Shown in pieces: positions 47,816 to 58,370 of a stretch of 64,000 nucleotides of DNA. The translations under genes and the position numbers were made by a program. The notes below the pieces were generated by a model. That model did not search any database, was not told where the DNA came from, and saw only the letters and a list, made by a program, of their open reading frames with translations. The DNA comes from Bacteroidota bacterium (GTDB lineage: Bacteria; Bacteroidota; Rhodothermia; Rhodothermales; UBA10348), in the NCBI GenBank assembly GCA_022567305.1, contig JADFHF010000002.1:103762-167761 (forward strand), given 5' to 3'. The first letter of the stretch is position 1; every line of letters starts with the position of its first letter.

Positions 47816-48658
47816 TCAGTCGATGATCGGTCCTGTGGGATACGTACCCAGCACTTTCACTGACGCGGCGACCTCTTCCAAGTGGCGTAGGGCGTTTTGG
47901 ACAGACTCGTCTTCGACGGATCCTTTTAAGTCCAAGTAAAATATATAGTTACCCGGACTTCCGACAAGCGGCCGACTCTCGATCTTGAACAGGTCGATGT
48001 CTCTTAGCGCGAAGACAGCAAGGCTCTTATACAGGCTTCCTGGGACATTTTCACGTTGTGCGTATACGACGGACGTTTTGAGGGGTCCGACGCCTGAACC
48101 GATGTCCTCAGCATCGTCTTGTCTGGCTAATGTGAGGAACCGGGTATAGTTCTGATGATTGCTCTCAATGCCCTCGGCGAGTACCGTCAGATTGTATTTA
48201 ACTCCGGCCGTAGCGCTGGCGATCGCCGCCCGGGAACCGTCTGCTAGCTGGGCGACGATTCTTGCTGCTCCAGCGGTGTCGTACATGACGATCCTTTCGG
48301 CGTCAGCCAGATGCTCGCGCAAAAAGGAACGACATTGCCCGAGGGCTTGCGGATGTGAGCAGACCGATGTGATGTCTTCCAGAATTGATCCCGGTACAAC
48401 GAGAAGGTTGTGCCGAATTCGCAAGTGCACTTCAGCCACAATTCTCAAGGAGTGCTCTTGGAGCAGATCATAATTCTGATGAACGCTTCCGAAGAGGGAA
48501 TTCTCGATGGGAATGACGCCGCGATCGACGGTTCCAGAACTGACAGCGTCAAATACGGCTTCGAACGTGGGCAGTGGCACTGCTTTCGCGTCCGGATAAA
48601 GTGTCAACACCGCCTCCTCACTGAAGGCCCCTGCTTCTCCCTGAAATGCGATGTTCAT
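47816..48658 (-). CDS. pheA: prephenate dehydratase
   Basis: IAFQGEAGAFSEEA N-terminus, a PDT domain, and a C-terminal ACT domain (ESRP motif: FKIESRPL). Confidence 0.9.
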   Translation of the reverse strand: MNIAFQGEAGAFSEEAVLTLYPDAKAVPLPTFEAVFDAVSSGTVDRGVIPIENSLFGSVHQNYDLLQEHSLRIVAEVHLRIRHNLLVVPGSILEDITSVCSHPQALGQCRSFLREHLADAERIVMYDTAGAARIVAQLADGSRAAIASATAGVKYNLTVLAEGIESNHQNYTRFLTLARQDDAEDIGSGVGPLKTSVVYAQRENVPGSLYKSLAVFALRDIDLFKIESRPLVGSPGNYIFYLDLKGSVEDESVQNALRHLEEVAASVKVLGTYPTGPIID

Positions 48659-48732
48659 CGTGAAATTCGAAAGACATGAATACGGCTTCGTGAAAGCAAT
48701 ACGGAGTTCGACCAGAACGAATCCTTATAGAC

Positions 48733-50454
48733 TCACATTCGATCGGGGGCCGAAATTCCCAGGACAGTCAGTCCATTCCGAAGAACGATTTTACTGGCGA
48801 TGGCCAATAACATGCGTGCTGAGGCCAGGTCCGCGGACTCTCCGATGATACGACACTGACTGTAAAACTGGGTAAACTGGACGGCGACCTCACGCAGGAA
48901 GGTAGCCACGCGATGCGGTTCTCGAGCTGCGGACGCGCCTGCGATCACATCAGGAAATCTCTGCAGCACCTTGATTAGAGCGATCTCCGAGTCGTGTTCA
49001 AGAAGGGACAATTCAGCATTCTTATCGGCCACAAAGCCGACTTCTTCTGCTTTTCTAAGAATGGAGCAGATTCTCGCATGTGCATATTGCAGATAGAAAA
49101 CAGGGTTCTTCTCGCTGGCCTCGCGAGCCAGGTCCATGTCGAACTCGAGGTGGGTGTTTGCCGAGCGCATCAGGAAAAAGAATCGGGTGACATCTTCACT
49201 TACCTCGTCCATCAAGTCATCCAACGTGACATACTGGGCTTTTCGGGTGCTCATTTTAACCGGTTCGCCTCCTCGCACGAGTGTAACGAACTGATAAATC
49301 ACAACGTCAATACCGCTTGGATCGTATCCCAGTGATTTTACGCCATTAATCACATCTGGAAACGTGGCGATGTGATCCGCTCCGAACACATCGATGATGA
49401 GGCTGAATCCTCGTTCGATTTTGTTCACGTGGTATCCGATATCGGGTAATCGATACGTGGGCTCTCCAGAACTCTTGATCAGAACGGTGTCACTGTCTTT
49501 GCCAAACTCGGTCGTCTTGAACCAGGTCGCTCCGTCTTTCTCGTACGCCAGATCCAGCTCCTTGAATCGATCTACGATTTTCCAGATCTGTCCGCTGTCG
49601 TAGAGCGTTTTCTCATTGAAGTAGGAATCCATCCGGATTCCGAGTCGCTCCAACGTGGCGTTGATCTCGGCGAAAATTTTCTTTTCTGCAAAGGTTTTGA
49701 AGACCTCACTGTCTGCGTCCTGCGCGAGTTTGCTCCCGTGTTTGGTAAAGATCTCCGAAGCGATCTCTTCAATGTATTCACCCAGGTACCCGTCGTCCGG
49801 AAAGGGTTCGGGGACAACAATTTTCTCGTCGTCTGAGCCAATCGTTTTCGTCCCGATGTTGGGATCCACTTTGGCCAGGTATCGAGCTCGAACCGATTCA
49901 GACAGAACCCGCATTTGTCGGCCCGCATCATTAAAGTAGTACTCGCGCGAAACGTCGTAACCGGACCAGGAAAGCAGGTTGGCGATAGTGTCACCCAGCA
50001 CGGCATTTCGGCCGTGCCCGACCGTGAGTGGTCCCGTCGGATTCGCGGAGACAAATTCAACCAGCGCCGTTTTTTGACGCGATCCTTTTGCGGGCGAATC
50101 TTCTTCTCGCGCAACCGGGCTTTTCCCGTACTCATCGGCTCCGTCTAGGACGCCTTTTAGACCTTCGATCAAATAGTCCGATGCGAACCAGAAATTCAGA
50201 AAACCGGGCCCTCCCACTTCTACACGCTGAATTTTCCCTTCGTCAAGAGGGACTGCGCTCAGCTTCTCTACCAGTTCCTCTGCAATCGGGCGTGGCGCCT
50301 TGCGAAATGCTTTAGCGAGCCGCATGGCGACATTGCAAGCCAGATCACCGTGGTCCGGATTGCCCGGCACTTGAAACTCGATTGCAAACCCATCCGGGAC
50401 ATCTCCCATTTGAGAGAGCACCCTTTGAATCTGATCCCGAAGATATTCCTGCAT
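48733..50454 (-). CDS. argS: arginine--tRNA ligase
   Basis: N-terminal Arg_tRNA_synt_N, HIGH-region SANPTGPLTVGHGR, and a DALR anticodon-binding C-terminus ending ...APDRM. The start is taken at MQEYLRDQIQ; the ORF stays open to 50592. Confidence 0.95.
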   Translation of the reverse strand: MQEYLRDQIQRVLSQMGDVPDGFAIEFQVPGNPDHGDLACNVAMRLAKAFRKAPRPIAEELVEKLSAVPLDEGKIQRVEVGGPGFLNFWFASDYLIEGLKGVLDGADEYGKSPVAREEDSPAKGSRQKTALVEFVSANPTGPLTVGHGRNAVLGDTIANLLSWSGYDVSREYYFNDAGRQMRVLSESVRARYLAKVDPNIGTKTIGSDDEKIVVPEPFPDDGYLGEYIEEIASEIFTKHGSKLAQDADSEVFKTFAEKKIFAEINATLERLGIRMDSYFNEKTLYDSGQIWKIVDRFKELDLAYEKDGATWFKTTEFGKDSDTVLIKSSGEPTYRLPDIGYHVNKIERGFSLIIDVFGADHIATFPDVINGVKSLGYDPSGIDVVIYQFVTLVRGGEPVKMSTRKAQYVTLDDLMDEVSEDVTRFFFLMRSANTHLEFDMDLAREASEKNPVFYLQYAHARICSILRKAEEVGFVADKNAELSLLEHDSEIALIKVLQRFPDVIAGASAAREPHRVATFLREVAVQFTQFYSQCRIIGESADLASARMLLAIASKIVLRNGLTVLGISAPDRM

Positions 50455-50679
50455 CTTTTGATTAGATCGACGGCCGAGCTGTCTAACAAAAAACCCCGAC
50501 CAAGCTGGCCAGGGTATTCGACCACAAGCTACGAAATCGTGGGATTCGGTGATTAGTTGAGAGGGACTGAAAACCAGTGCAGGGAAAAACAATCGCTCGA
50601 GGCATGACGTAAGACGGCGCCATGTGATCCATTACGATCGTTCACAGCAATCATTGGAAACAAAATTTTTTTCGATTCG

Positions 50680-51363
50680 ATGATGCGAATGCGTTATCAA
50701 GTTATTCTGGTCGCCAGTTTATGGGTCTTATTAACTCCCACTCTGCGCGTTTCTGCGCAGTCGGAATACTCATTTCGGATGGCCCGCGTTAAGTATGGGG
50801 GTGGCGGAGATTGGTACAGCGATCCTCAGTCCCTGAAACAACTTCTGGCGTATGTCCGAAGTCAAACATTCATTGATGTCTCTCCGCGAGAAGAGGTCGT
50901 AGAATTGTCGAGTGACGATCTATTCTCATTCCCCTACCTGTATTTGACGGGCCATGGGAATGTGCACTTTACAGAAGATGAAATTCTTCGAACTCGGCGG
51001 TATCTCGAAGGAGGTGGATTTCTTCACATCGACGATAATTACGGCCTGGATCCGGCGATCAGGAGGGAGATGAGGAAGGTGTTTCCGGAGAAGAACTTTG
51101 TTGAACTCCCTTTCAGTCACCAGATCTACCACACTCGATTCGAATTTCCGTCTGGCCTACCCAAGATTCATGAGCATGATGGAAAACCGCCGAAGGGATT
51201 CGGGATTCTCTCGGACAGCGGTCGATTAATGGTGTTCTACTCCTACGAGTCTGATCTTGGCGACGGATGGGAACCGGAATCTGTCCACAACGATCCACCG
51301 GAAAAGCGACTTGCTGCACTGCGTATGGGAACGAACATCGTTGCGTACGCCATGATGAATTGA
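50680..51363 (+). CDS. DUF4159 domain-containing secreted protein
   Basis: Signal peptide, then VKYGGGGDWYSDPQSL ... GGGFLHIDDNYG ... GLPKIHEHDGKPPKGFG ... YESDLGDGWE, which is the DUF4159 pattern as I recall it. Confidence 0.75.
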   Translation: MMRMRYQVILVASLWVLLTPTLRVSAQSEYSFRMARVKYGGGGDWYSDPQSLKQLLAYVRSQTFIDVSPREEVVELSSDDLFSFPYLYLTGHGNVHFTEDEILRTRRYLEGGGFLHIDDNYGLDPAIRREMRKVFPEKNFVELPFSHQIYHTRFEFPSGLPKIHEHDGKPPKGFGILSDSGRLMVFYSYESDLGDGWEPESVHNDPPEKRLAALRMGTNIVAYAMMN

Positions 51364-51501
51364 CGCCGCCACCCAACGTCGTCTCTGCCACACTCTTTCT
51401 GAGAGAAAATCATCTTCTCGCAGTACCTTCCGTATCCGTTTCTGAATCCAATTGAGCTCGAGGCTGAAACCCCATCATCCACCTACCCATTAGCAGACAC
51501 G

Positions 51502-52809
51502 ATGTCCGTACTTGAATCTGCCGATCCTGCGATCTTCGACGCGATCTCGAAAGAAGTAGCCCGTCAGAATGACGGATTCGAACTGATCGCCTCAGAAAAC
51601 TTCGTGTCCCGGGCCGTCCTCGAGGCCATGGGCACGCCCCTGACCAACAAGTATGCAGAAGGTCTTCCTGGCAAACGGTATTACGGAGGATGCCAATTCG
51701 TTGATATTGCCGAGGAGCTCGCCCGAGAGAGGGCGAAGGAGCTGTTCGGGTGTGATTGGGTAAATGTTCAGCCGCATTCCGGCGCATCCGCCAACGCAGC
51801 CGTGTATCTCACGTTACTCAAACCGGGCGACACGTTTCTCGGCTTGGACCTTTCCCACGGCGGTCACCTGACGCATGGCAGTCCGGTTAATTTTTCCGGC
51901 ATCCTGTACCACGCAGAGTACTATGGCGTGGAAGCGGAAGGAGAGATGGCCGGACGCATCGACATGAATCGGGTTCGAGAGAAGGCGAAAGAGATCCAGC
52001 CCAAAATGATCTCTATTGGTGCCTCCGCATACAGTCGAGATTTTGACTATGAGGCGTTTCGGTCCATCGCCGATGAAGTGGACGCTTTTCTCTGGATGGA
52101 CATGGCTCATACAGCCGGACTGATCGCTGCCGGTCTTCTTAACGATCCTCTACCTCATTGTCATGTCGTTTCGACAACCACCCACAAAACACTACGTGGA
52201 CCGAGAGCGGGAATGATTCTCGTGGGGAAGGATTACGAAAACTCGTTCGGTAAAGTGGCCCCTAAGTCCGGTCGGATCAAGATGATGAGCGAGCTGTTCG
52301 ATTCGGCCGTATTTCCGGGGATACAGGGGGGGCCGCTCATGCACGTGATCGCGTCGAAAGCCGTCGCGTTTGGCGAAGCACTGAAGCCGGAATTCAATTC
52401 ATATGCTGCGCAAGTGATTGAAAATGCTACGGTGATGGCAGACGAATTCGTAAATCTGGGGTATTCAGTCGTATCTGGCGGAACCGACAATCATCTGTGT
52501 CTGATTGATTTGCGGAGCAAAGGACTGACTGGAAAAGAGGCCGAGGCAGCACTTCAGGGAGCGGAAATCACGGTGAACAAAAACATGGTTCCCTTCGATG
52601 ATCAAAGTCCCTTTGTTACGAGTGGAATTCGTCTGGGTACACCGGCCATGACCACCCGAGGATTTGGCCCTGACGAGTTCAAAAGCGTAGTTTCACTGAT
52701 CGATGACGTGTTAACGGAAGCAACCAATGCCGACGTTCAGGAGAAGGTTCGGGTCGAAGTATCCCGTATGTGTCAACACTTTCCGCTGTATGATTTTGTA
52801 GTCGCTTGA
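51502..52809 (+). CDS. glyA: serine hydroxymethyltransferase
   Basis: LIASENFVS, and the PLP site [14 protein letters not shown], in a 435-aa ORF. Confidence 0.97.
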   Translation: MSVLESADPAIFDAISKEVARQNDGFELIASENFVSRAVLEAMGTPLTNKYAEGLPGKRYYGGCQFVDIAEELARERAKELFGCDWVNVQPHSGASANAAVYLTLLKPGDTFLGLDLSHGGHLTHGSPVNFSGILYHAEYYGVEAEGEMAGRIDMNRVREKAKEIQPKMISIGASAYSRDFDYEAFRSIADEVDAFLWMDMAHTAGLIAAGLLNDPLPHCHVVSTTTHKTLRGPRAGMILVGKDYENSFGKVAPKSGRIKMMSELFDSAVFPGIQGGPLMHVIASKAVAFGEALKPEFNSYAAQVIENATVMADEFVNLGYSVVSGGTDNHLCLIDLRSKGLTGKEAEAALQGAEITVNKNMVPFDDQSPFVTSGIRLGTPAMTTRGFGPDEFKSVVSLIDDVLTEATNADVQEKVRVEVSRMCQHFPLYDFVVA

Positions 52810-52940
52810 AACGAACCCATCGATTGCGCCCAGTGAATTCGACACGGCAATTCCACTCTCGCGAATCAATCCAGGCCTTTTTTTCGTAATCTGATGAACA
52901 CAGGCTCCATTCCGGAATTCTGTTAGATGTCTTTTTCCGT

Positions 52941-53531
52941 ATGACTGAAAGTCCCCTTTCTTCCACAGCATATGCCGATCTGGTCGAGCTTGGGCACAAG
53001 CTATACGAGAAAGCCCTGGTGCGTCGCGAAGACGAATCGATTACGGATCCGCGCGGTCAACCGATCGGATGGTTGTTGGATACACGCATGCCGATGCTGG
53101 ATGGAGAGATTTTTAAAGAGGTTGGGCAGGTACTGGCTGAGCGACTCAGGGCGAAGAATGTCGATCAGGTGGCAGGATTTGGCTTTGGTTCATACGCCAT
53201 GATTTGTGCAGTGATGGCGGCTCCGCTCCATCCGCCTTTCAATGGCGGCTTTATTCGCGACGAACGCAAACCGCATGGAAGACGCCGCCTGGTCGAAGGA
53301 CCCCTGGATCGAGATAAACCGCTCGTTTTATTGGATGATATTATTAATAGTGGACGGAGTGCGACGACGGCTCTGAATCTACTTCTAGGAGATGGATTCA
53401 AGGTGGTTGGAATGATGACACTCTTCAACTTTACGTGGAGCGGAGGCCGGACCAGACTCGAATCGCACGGAATTTGGGTTGACTCGATCCTCGATTTGAA
53501 CCTGCGTGAGAATGGGCAAGATGGATCGTAA
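52941..53531 (+). CDS. phosphoribosyltransferase family protein (orotate PRTase-like)
   Basis: PRPP-binding motif VLLDDIINSGRSA and a type-I PRT fold layout. Substrate specificity is not assignable by eye. Confidence 0.65.
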   Translation: MTESPLSSTAYADLVELGHKLYEKALVRREDESITDPRGQPIGWLLDTRMPMLDGEIFKEVGQVLAERLRAKNVDQVAGFGFGSYAMICAVMAAPLHPPFNGGFIRDERKPHGRRRLVEGPLDRDKPLVLLDDIINSGRSATTALNLLLGDGFKVVGMMTLFNFTWSGGRTRLESHGIWVDSILDLNLRENGQDGS

Positions 53532-53610
53532 TTACGGACACATTCAGTCGAAGGAATCCATTTTTTTGTACAGTCGTTGATCAATTCCCCATGTACCCAT
53601 CCGGTGACCA

Positions 53611-54483
53611 ATGACCCTCATTGAGCAGATAAAATCCAAACTCACGTCGTTTTGGTCGAAGCGATCTGAACCGGAAACGTCAACAGAGCCAGGCGAACAT
53701 GACGCCGAAATGGAGGAGATGGGTTTTCTGGAACACCTCGAAGATCTCAGATGGGCCATGCTTAAGGGCCTGGGTGGTGTGCTAGCGGCCACGGTGGGCG
53801 CCGTGTTTTTCAGAGGATGGATCATTGAAGAGGTGTTGCTTGGGCCCAAGAAAGCCGACTTCTTCATGTACAAGATCTTGGGGATCGAAACCACCCCCTT
53901 TGTTCTACAGAATCGAACGGTTACAGGGCAGTTCTTCGCCGATATCGGCACCGTAGTCGCCGTAGGACTGATCGTGGGTTCCCCCTTGATTGTCTATTAC
54001 ATGTGGAAGTTCATCGAGCCGGGGCTCTATCCCAAGGAGAAAAAGGGACTCCGATTTTCGGCTGTCTTTGCGACACTGTTTTTCATGCTGGGTATTTCGT
54101 TCGGATATCTCATCATTACGCCTCTCGCGCTCCAGTTTTTTGCCGGATACCAGATCTCACCGGAGATCGCCAATGAGTTCGATATCTCAAAATACTTCAG
54201 CATGGTCATCTTTTGGTCATTCGGTGTGGGCATTCTGTTCGAACTTCCGGTCGTCATTTATTTTTTGGCCAAAATGGGTATTGCGACGCCGAATGGGCTA
54301 CGGAAATCGCGGAAGTTCGCAGTCATTGGATGCCTGGTCCTGGGAGCCGTCTTCACGCCTCCAGACCCCATCTCACAAATCCTTGTCGCGACGCCGCTTT
54401 TACTGCTGTACGAAGGATCGATCTGGATCGCTGTCTTCGTCAAGAAAAAACAGGACCGGGAGCTGGAAGAAGCCTTGAGATAA
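53611..54483 (+). CDS. tatC: twin-arginine translocase subunit TatC
   Basis: MGFLEHLEDLR start motif, six TM segments, and the PGLY..E motif (FIEPGLYPKEKK). Confidence 0.92.
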   Translation: MTLIEQIKSKLTSFWSKRSEPETSTEPGEHDAEMEEMGFLEHLEDLRWAMLKGLGGVLAATVGAVFFRGWIIEEVLLGPKKADFFMYKILGIETTPFVLQNRTVTGQFFADIGTVVAVGLIVGSPLIVYYMWKFIEPGLYPKEKKGLRFSAVFATLFFMLGISFGYLIITPLALQFFAGYQISPEIANEFDISKYFSMVIFWSFGVGILFELPVVIYFLAKMGIATPNGLRKSRKFAVIGCLVLGAVFTPPDPISQILVATPLLLLYEGSIWIAVFVKKKQDRELEEALR

Positions 54484-54547
54484 AAGTCCGGACCCTTCCG
54501 TCCCCATGCCGCGTCATACACTGGAACGTAAATAGAATGCCAGTGCT

Positions 54548-56203
54548 ATGAAACGAACGCACCTCTTCATGGTCGGAGCCGTTGTTCTTATCACCGCCGT
54601 AACGGGCGGCTGGATGTTCAGTCAGCACGCCGATGATGACCTGTTTGAGCTTAAAAAGAACTTCGAGATTTTCGGGGCTCTGTACCAGGAAATTATTATC
54701 AACTACGTAGACGACGTCCGGCCGGGGCCGTTTATGACGGCTGGAGTGGATGCGATGATGTCGCGTCTGGATCCGTACACCCGGTACTTCGATCAGGCGG
54801 TAAATTTAGATATGGACCTTATTCGGCGCGGTCCGCTGGGAGACGTAGGGCTGAATATCGGGATGAGAAATGGAAGGATCACCGTCCTGGCACCTGAAGC
54901 CGAAACAAGCGCCTATTTACAGGGAGTACGGACGGGTGATGTAATTCGAGTCGTTTCTGGAATCGAGACGGCTGAATTAACGGTACAGGATGTGGCCGGC
55001 CTCTTGCAAGGAGATTCAGGTTCGTCGGTTACCATCGCCGTGGAACGCCAGGGCGAGCCCAGAACGCTCGTGTTTACGCTGCAGCGGAGTATTTCCCGGA
55101 TCGAAAATGTCTCCTATGCCGGCTACCTTGACGACAACCACGAAGCCGGTATTGGCTACGTACGACTTTCTAAATTTGGGGCTCGCTCGGCCCGGGAAAT
55201 TCGTAGAGCGTTACGAGGGATGGCTCGAACCCATGGGTTGAAAACGGTTGTCCTTGATCTCAGGGATAATCCCGGAGGGATTTTGAGTGAGGCCATCGAG
55301 ACCCTGAGTCTCTTCGTCCCGAAGGGGACTCCCGTGGTATCAACGCGCGGGCGGATCGACGGCATCACACAGAACTACTCGACCCAAGACGATCCTTTTT
55401 TCGAAGACGTACCGGTCATCGTTCTTGTCAATCGAATCAGCGCGTCGGCCAGCGAGATCGTCGCAGGAGCTTTTCAGGACCTGGATCGAGGCGTAATTAT
55501 CGGTGAAACCACGTTTGGAAAAGGACTCGTCCAGGTGATGCGGCAGCTGCCCTATAATACGTCCATGAAGTTGACAGTCGGGCATTACTATACGCCGAGT
55601 GGCCGGGATATCCAGTCTTGGGAGATCGCATCCGCCGCCGCACACGTCGCTTCTCCCGAGATCAAATCGTTTCGAACCACTTCGGGACGGACGGTTCGTT
55701 CGGGGGTGGGCATCGAGCCGGATATCCATGTTGCACTGATCGCGGAGAGTGAATTGGAGGCGGCCATAAATCGTTCAGGTGCATTTTTCCAGTTTGCTGG
55801 TGATTTTGTTGCTCAGCACGGAGAAGTCGATCCCGAATTGTTTGACTTGGATGATGACGAAATCTTCTCCTCGTTTCAATCCTGGTTGGACGACACGGGG
55901 TTTAAGTATGAGTCGAGATCTGAAATCCTTATGGATTCATTGGCGTCGCAGCTTGTCGGTTCCGGATATCAGAATGCCGCAGAGCAACTCGAGACCGTTC
56001 GCGCGACAGCTCGCCAGGAACAGCGGCAGGACGTAAACCGATATCGGGATCGCATCATTTCGCGGCTTCGAAAAGGAATATTCGCCCGGTATTTAACCGA
56101 ATCTCAGCAAGTCGGTAGGGCTCTCGATAGAGATCCCGTGGTGGCCAGAGCTCGGGAACTCGCCCAGTCCCCGGACTCGATTCATGTCATTCTTGGATTA
56201 TGA
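54548..56203 (+). CDS. S41 family C-terminal processing peptidase with PDZ domain
   Basis: PDZ segment (GDVIRVVSG), then S41 catalytic regions (DLRDNPGG, SASASEI, GETTFGKG). Confidence 0.88.
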   Translation: MKRTHLFMVGAVVLITAVTGGWMFSQHADDDLFELKKNFEIFGALYQEIIINYVDDVRPGPFMTAGVDAMMSRLDPYTRYFDQAVNLDMDLIRRGPLGDVGLNIGMRNGRITVLAPEAETSAYLQGVRTGDVIRVVSGIETAELTVQDVAGLLQGDSGSSVTIAVERQGEPRTLVFTLQRSISRIENVSYAGYLDDNHEAGIGYVRLSKFGARSAREIRRALRGMARTHGLKTVVLDLRDNPGGILSEAIETLSLFVPKGTPVVSTRGRIDGITQNYSTQDDPFFEDVPVIVLVNRISASASEIVAGAFQDLDRGVIIGETTFGKGLVQVMRQLPYNTSMKLTVGHYYTPSGRDIQSWEIASAAAHVASPEIKSFRTTSGRTVRSGVGIEPDIHVALIAESELEAAINRSGAFFQFAGDFVAQHGEVDPELFDLDDDEIFSSFQSWLDDTGFKYESRSEILMDSLASQLVGSGYQNAAEQLETVRATARQEQRQDVNRYRDRIISRLRKGIFARYLTESQQVGRALDRDPVVARARELAQSPDSIHVILGL

Positions 56204-56223
56204 AAGACTAAACCGAGTTTTTC

Positions 56224-57087
56224 ATGCTGACTGAAATCATAATCCTTGTTTTCGCCGGTGCCGCCGGAGGCTTTGTCGGCGGTCTTGTGGGCGTAGGAGG
56301 AGGACTTATCTTCGCACCAGTTCTTTTGTTTTACTTCCAGGGAATCGGAATTCCACCGGACGTTCTTGCACCCCTCACGATCGGGTCGAGTCTTTTCTGC
56401 ACCCTGGTAGTGGCCATGTCCTCCTCCCATTCCCAGCATCGAAAAAGGGCGGTAGATTCGAAAATGGCCGTCAATGTGGGATCAGCGAGCGCAATAGCGG
56501 CCGTCCTGATGACGTTCTTTGTCACTACATCTTCCTGGTATAGTCCCACGGTATTTAAACTCGTATTTGCTTCGCTTCTCCTGATCGTAGCCCTACAGAT
56601 GATTCTCACGACTTCAAAACAAGCGAATACGGAAGCAGCGCCCGACTCTGGTACTCTAGAAAACTACACCACTGAGTCCAAAACGATACATCCACTCGGT
56701 CTCTTTGCTACGGGCACTGGGGCGGGTATCGTTGCTACCGCGGCCGGAGTTGGAGGTGGAATCATGTTGGTTCCTGTTTACAACCGGATATTTAAAATGC
56801 CCATGATCCGCAGCGTAGGCACTTCAAGCGCGACCATCGTGCTGGTGTCGATGGCAGGTGTCATCAGCTATGCATACACAGGATGGGGTCTTGATCTGGC
56901 GCCGATATCGATTGGATACGTAGACGTGGGCCGAGCTCTTCTGCTTTCTGTACCTGCTGCATTTATGGCTCGTTTTGGGGTTCGGACCGCACATCGTTTT
57001 GATCCGACCGTACTTAAACGAAGTTTCGCGGTCGTAGCCATTCTGGTTGCTTTTCGACTCCTCATGCCCGCGCTGGGATTGGAATAA
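56224..57087 (+). CDS. TauE/SafE family sulfite/anion exporter
   Basis: Polytopic membrane protein with the duplicated G-rich motif (GLVGVGGGLIFAPVL and AAGVGGGIMLVPV) typical of TauE/SafE. Confidence 0.8.
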   Translation: MLTEIIILVFAGAAGGFVGGLVGVGGGLIFAPVLLFYFQGIGIPPDVLAPLTIGSSLFCTLVVAMSSSHSQHRKRAVDSKMAVNVGSASAIAAVLMTFFVTTSSWYSPTVFKLVFASLLLIVALQMILTTSKQANTEAAPDSGTLENYTTESKTIHPLGLFATGTGAGIVATAAGVGGGIMLVPVYNRIFKMPMIRSVGTSSATIVLVSMAGVISYAYTGWGLDLAPISIGYVDVGRALLLSVPAAFMARFGVRTAHRFDPTVLKRSFAVVAILVAFRLLMPALGLE

Positions 57088-57164
57088 GTGAAATCGGCCG
57101 AATAGAAACCGCTCGAAAAAGTGTCCGTATGATCTCGTTCGCTATTCAGAAATGCATCACATTC

Positions 57165-58307
57165 ATGAAAAGATTGAAAATCTTCACGATCCTCGTAAAC
57201 ACACTTCTCCTGTTGGGTTGCCAGCAGAATGTACAGTCTCAGCAGCAACTGTTCCATAGACCCGAGGGGACGGAGAATATTGAGGACAGCATTGCCGTCG
57301 GACGTTTGAATGCGATCACACGGGCCGTTGAATATGCATCTCCGGCAGTTGTCAGCATCAATGTGATCAAGACCATTCAGACGGTCGACCCGTTTTCGGA
57401 TCCTTTCTACAGTTTCTTTTACGGAAGACAACGCTCTCGCGTACGCGAACGACAGATTCAGAATATGGGATCTGGATTTGTCATTTCACCGGACGGCTAC
57501 ATTGTGACAAACGACCACGTGGCTGGAGGGGCCACAGCGATCACGGTAGCGTTTCCAAACGGACGCACGTACCAGGCCCGACTCATCGGATCCGATCCAA
57601 CATCCGATTTATCTCTTGTAAAAGTTAATACAGAAGATCCGCTGCCGTACCTGAGCTTTTCTACGTCAGGAACTCCGATCGTTGGCGAATGGTCCATTGC
57701 TCTCGGCAATCCATTCGGCCTGTTTGAAGCCTCCGATCCTACGGTTACGGTGGGTGTGGTCAGCGCCACCGGACGAGATCTCCAACCGCAGGAGGGAAGA
57801 GCATATCGGGACATGATCCAGACCGATGCGGCGATCAATCGAGGGAATTCAGGAGGACCGCTTCTGAATGCACTTGGAGAGGTTATTGGAGTCAATACCG
57901 CCATCATTACGCAGTCAGGGGGGTCGGTCGGTATCGGGTTTGCCGTTCCGGCCGAAAAAGCCATCAGAATCCTGAACGAGTTGAGACAGAACGGATCCGT
58001 GGATCGTTCCTATTTCATCGGACTTCGAGGGCAAAACATGACCGCTCGAATCGCCCGAAGAATGAACGTCTCGCAAGCCGTGGGCGTACTGGTCGAATCG
58101 GTAGATCCGAATTCGCCGGCAGAAACTGCGGGATTCAGACCGTGGGACATCATCGTGTCCGTCGCTTCCGAGCCGGTAGATTCCCAACCTGAATTTGCGG
58201 CGCGTCTCTACGATTTTCGGCCAGGAGACACGGTGGATGTAGAAATCGTCAGAAGGGGCCGGTCAGTCACATTGCGCCTGGAATTAGGTCGACTGCCTCG
58301 TGGTTGA
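57165..58307 (+). CDS. HtrA/DegP-type (S1C) serine protease with one PDZ domain
   Basis: Catalytic triad context (TNDHV, DLSLVKV, GNSGGPLLN) plus a C-terminal PDZ. The start is taken at MKRLKIFTIL, the signal/lipobox-like LLLGCQ; the ORF stays open to 57129. Confidence 0.9.
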   Translation: MKRLKIFTILVNTLLLLGCQQNVQSQQQLFHRPEGTENIEDSIAVGRLNAITRAVEYASPAVVSINVIKTIQTVDPFSDPFYSFFYGRQRSRVRERQIQNMGSGFVISPDGYIVTNDHVAGGATAITVAFPNGRTYQARLIGSDPTSDLSLVKVNTEDPLPYLSFSTSGTPIVGEWSIALGNPFGLFEASDPTVTVGVVSATGRDLQPQEGRAYRDMIQTDAAINRGNSGGPLLNALGEVIGVNTAIITQSGGSVGIGFAVPAEKAIRILNELRQNGSVDRSYFIGLRGQNMTARIARRMNVSQAVGVLVESVDPNSPAETAGFRPWDIIVSVASEPVDSQPEFAARLYDFRPGDTVDVEIVRRGRSVTLRLELGRLPRG

Positions 58308-58370
58308 ACCCCTGGTTGAACAGCAGGGGGAACACGTGCTTGAACGGCCGAGCCATCGATCGGTGATTGA

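Noticed and set aside
49572-50135. 187-aa minus-strand ORF in an alternative frame of argS
   Set aside because: It is an out-of-frame overlap with a gene that carries clear class-I aaRS motifs. Its extreme Arg/Lys/Ser/Thr composition marks it as an artefact.
50455-50592. 46-aa N-terminal extension of the argS ORF
   Set aside because: The extension (MFFPALVFSPSQL...) has no counterpart in ArgRS. The canonical N-terminus begins at MQEYLRDQIQ, so the shorter start was used.
56868-57431. 187-aa minus-strand ORF across the TauE to HtrA junction
   Set aside because: It lies antisense to two supported plus-strand genes and resembles no family.
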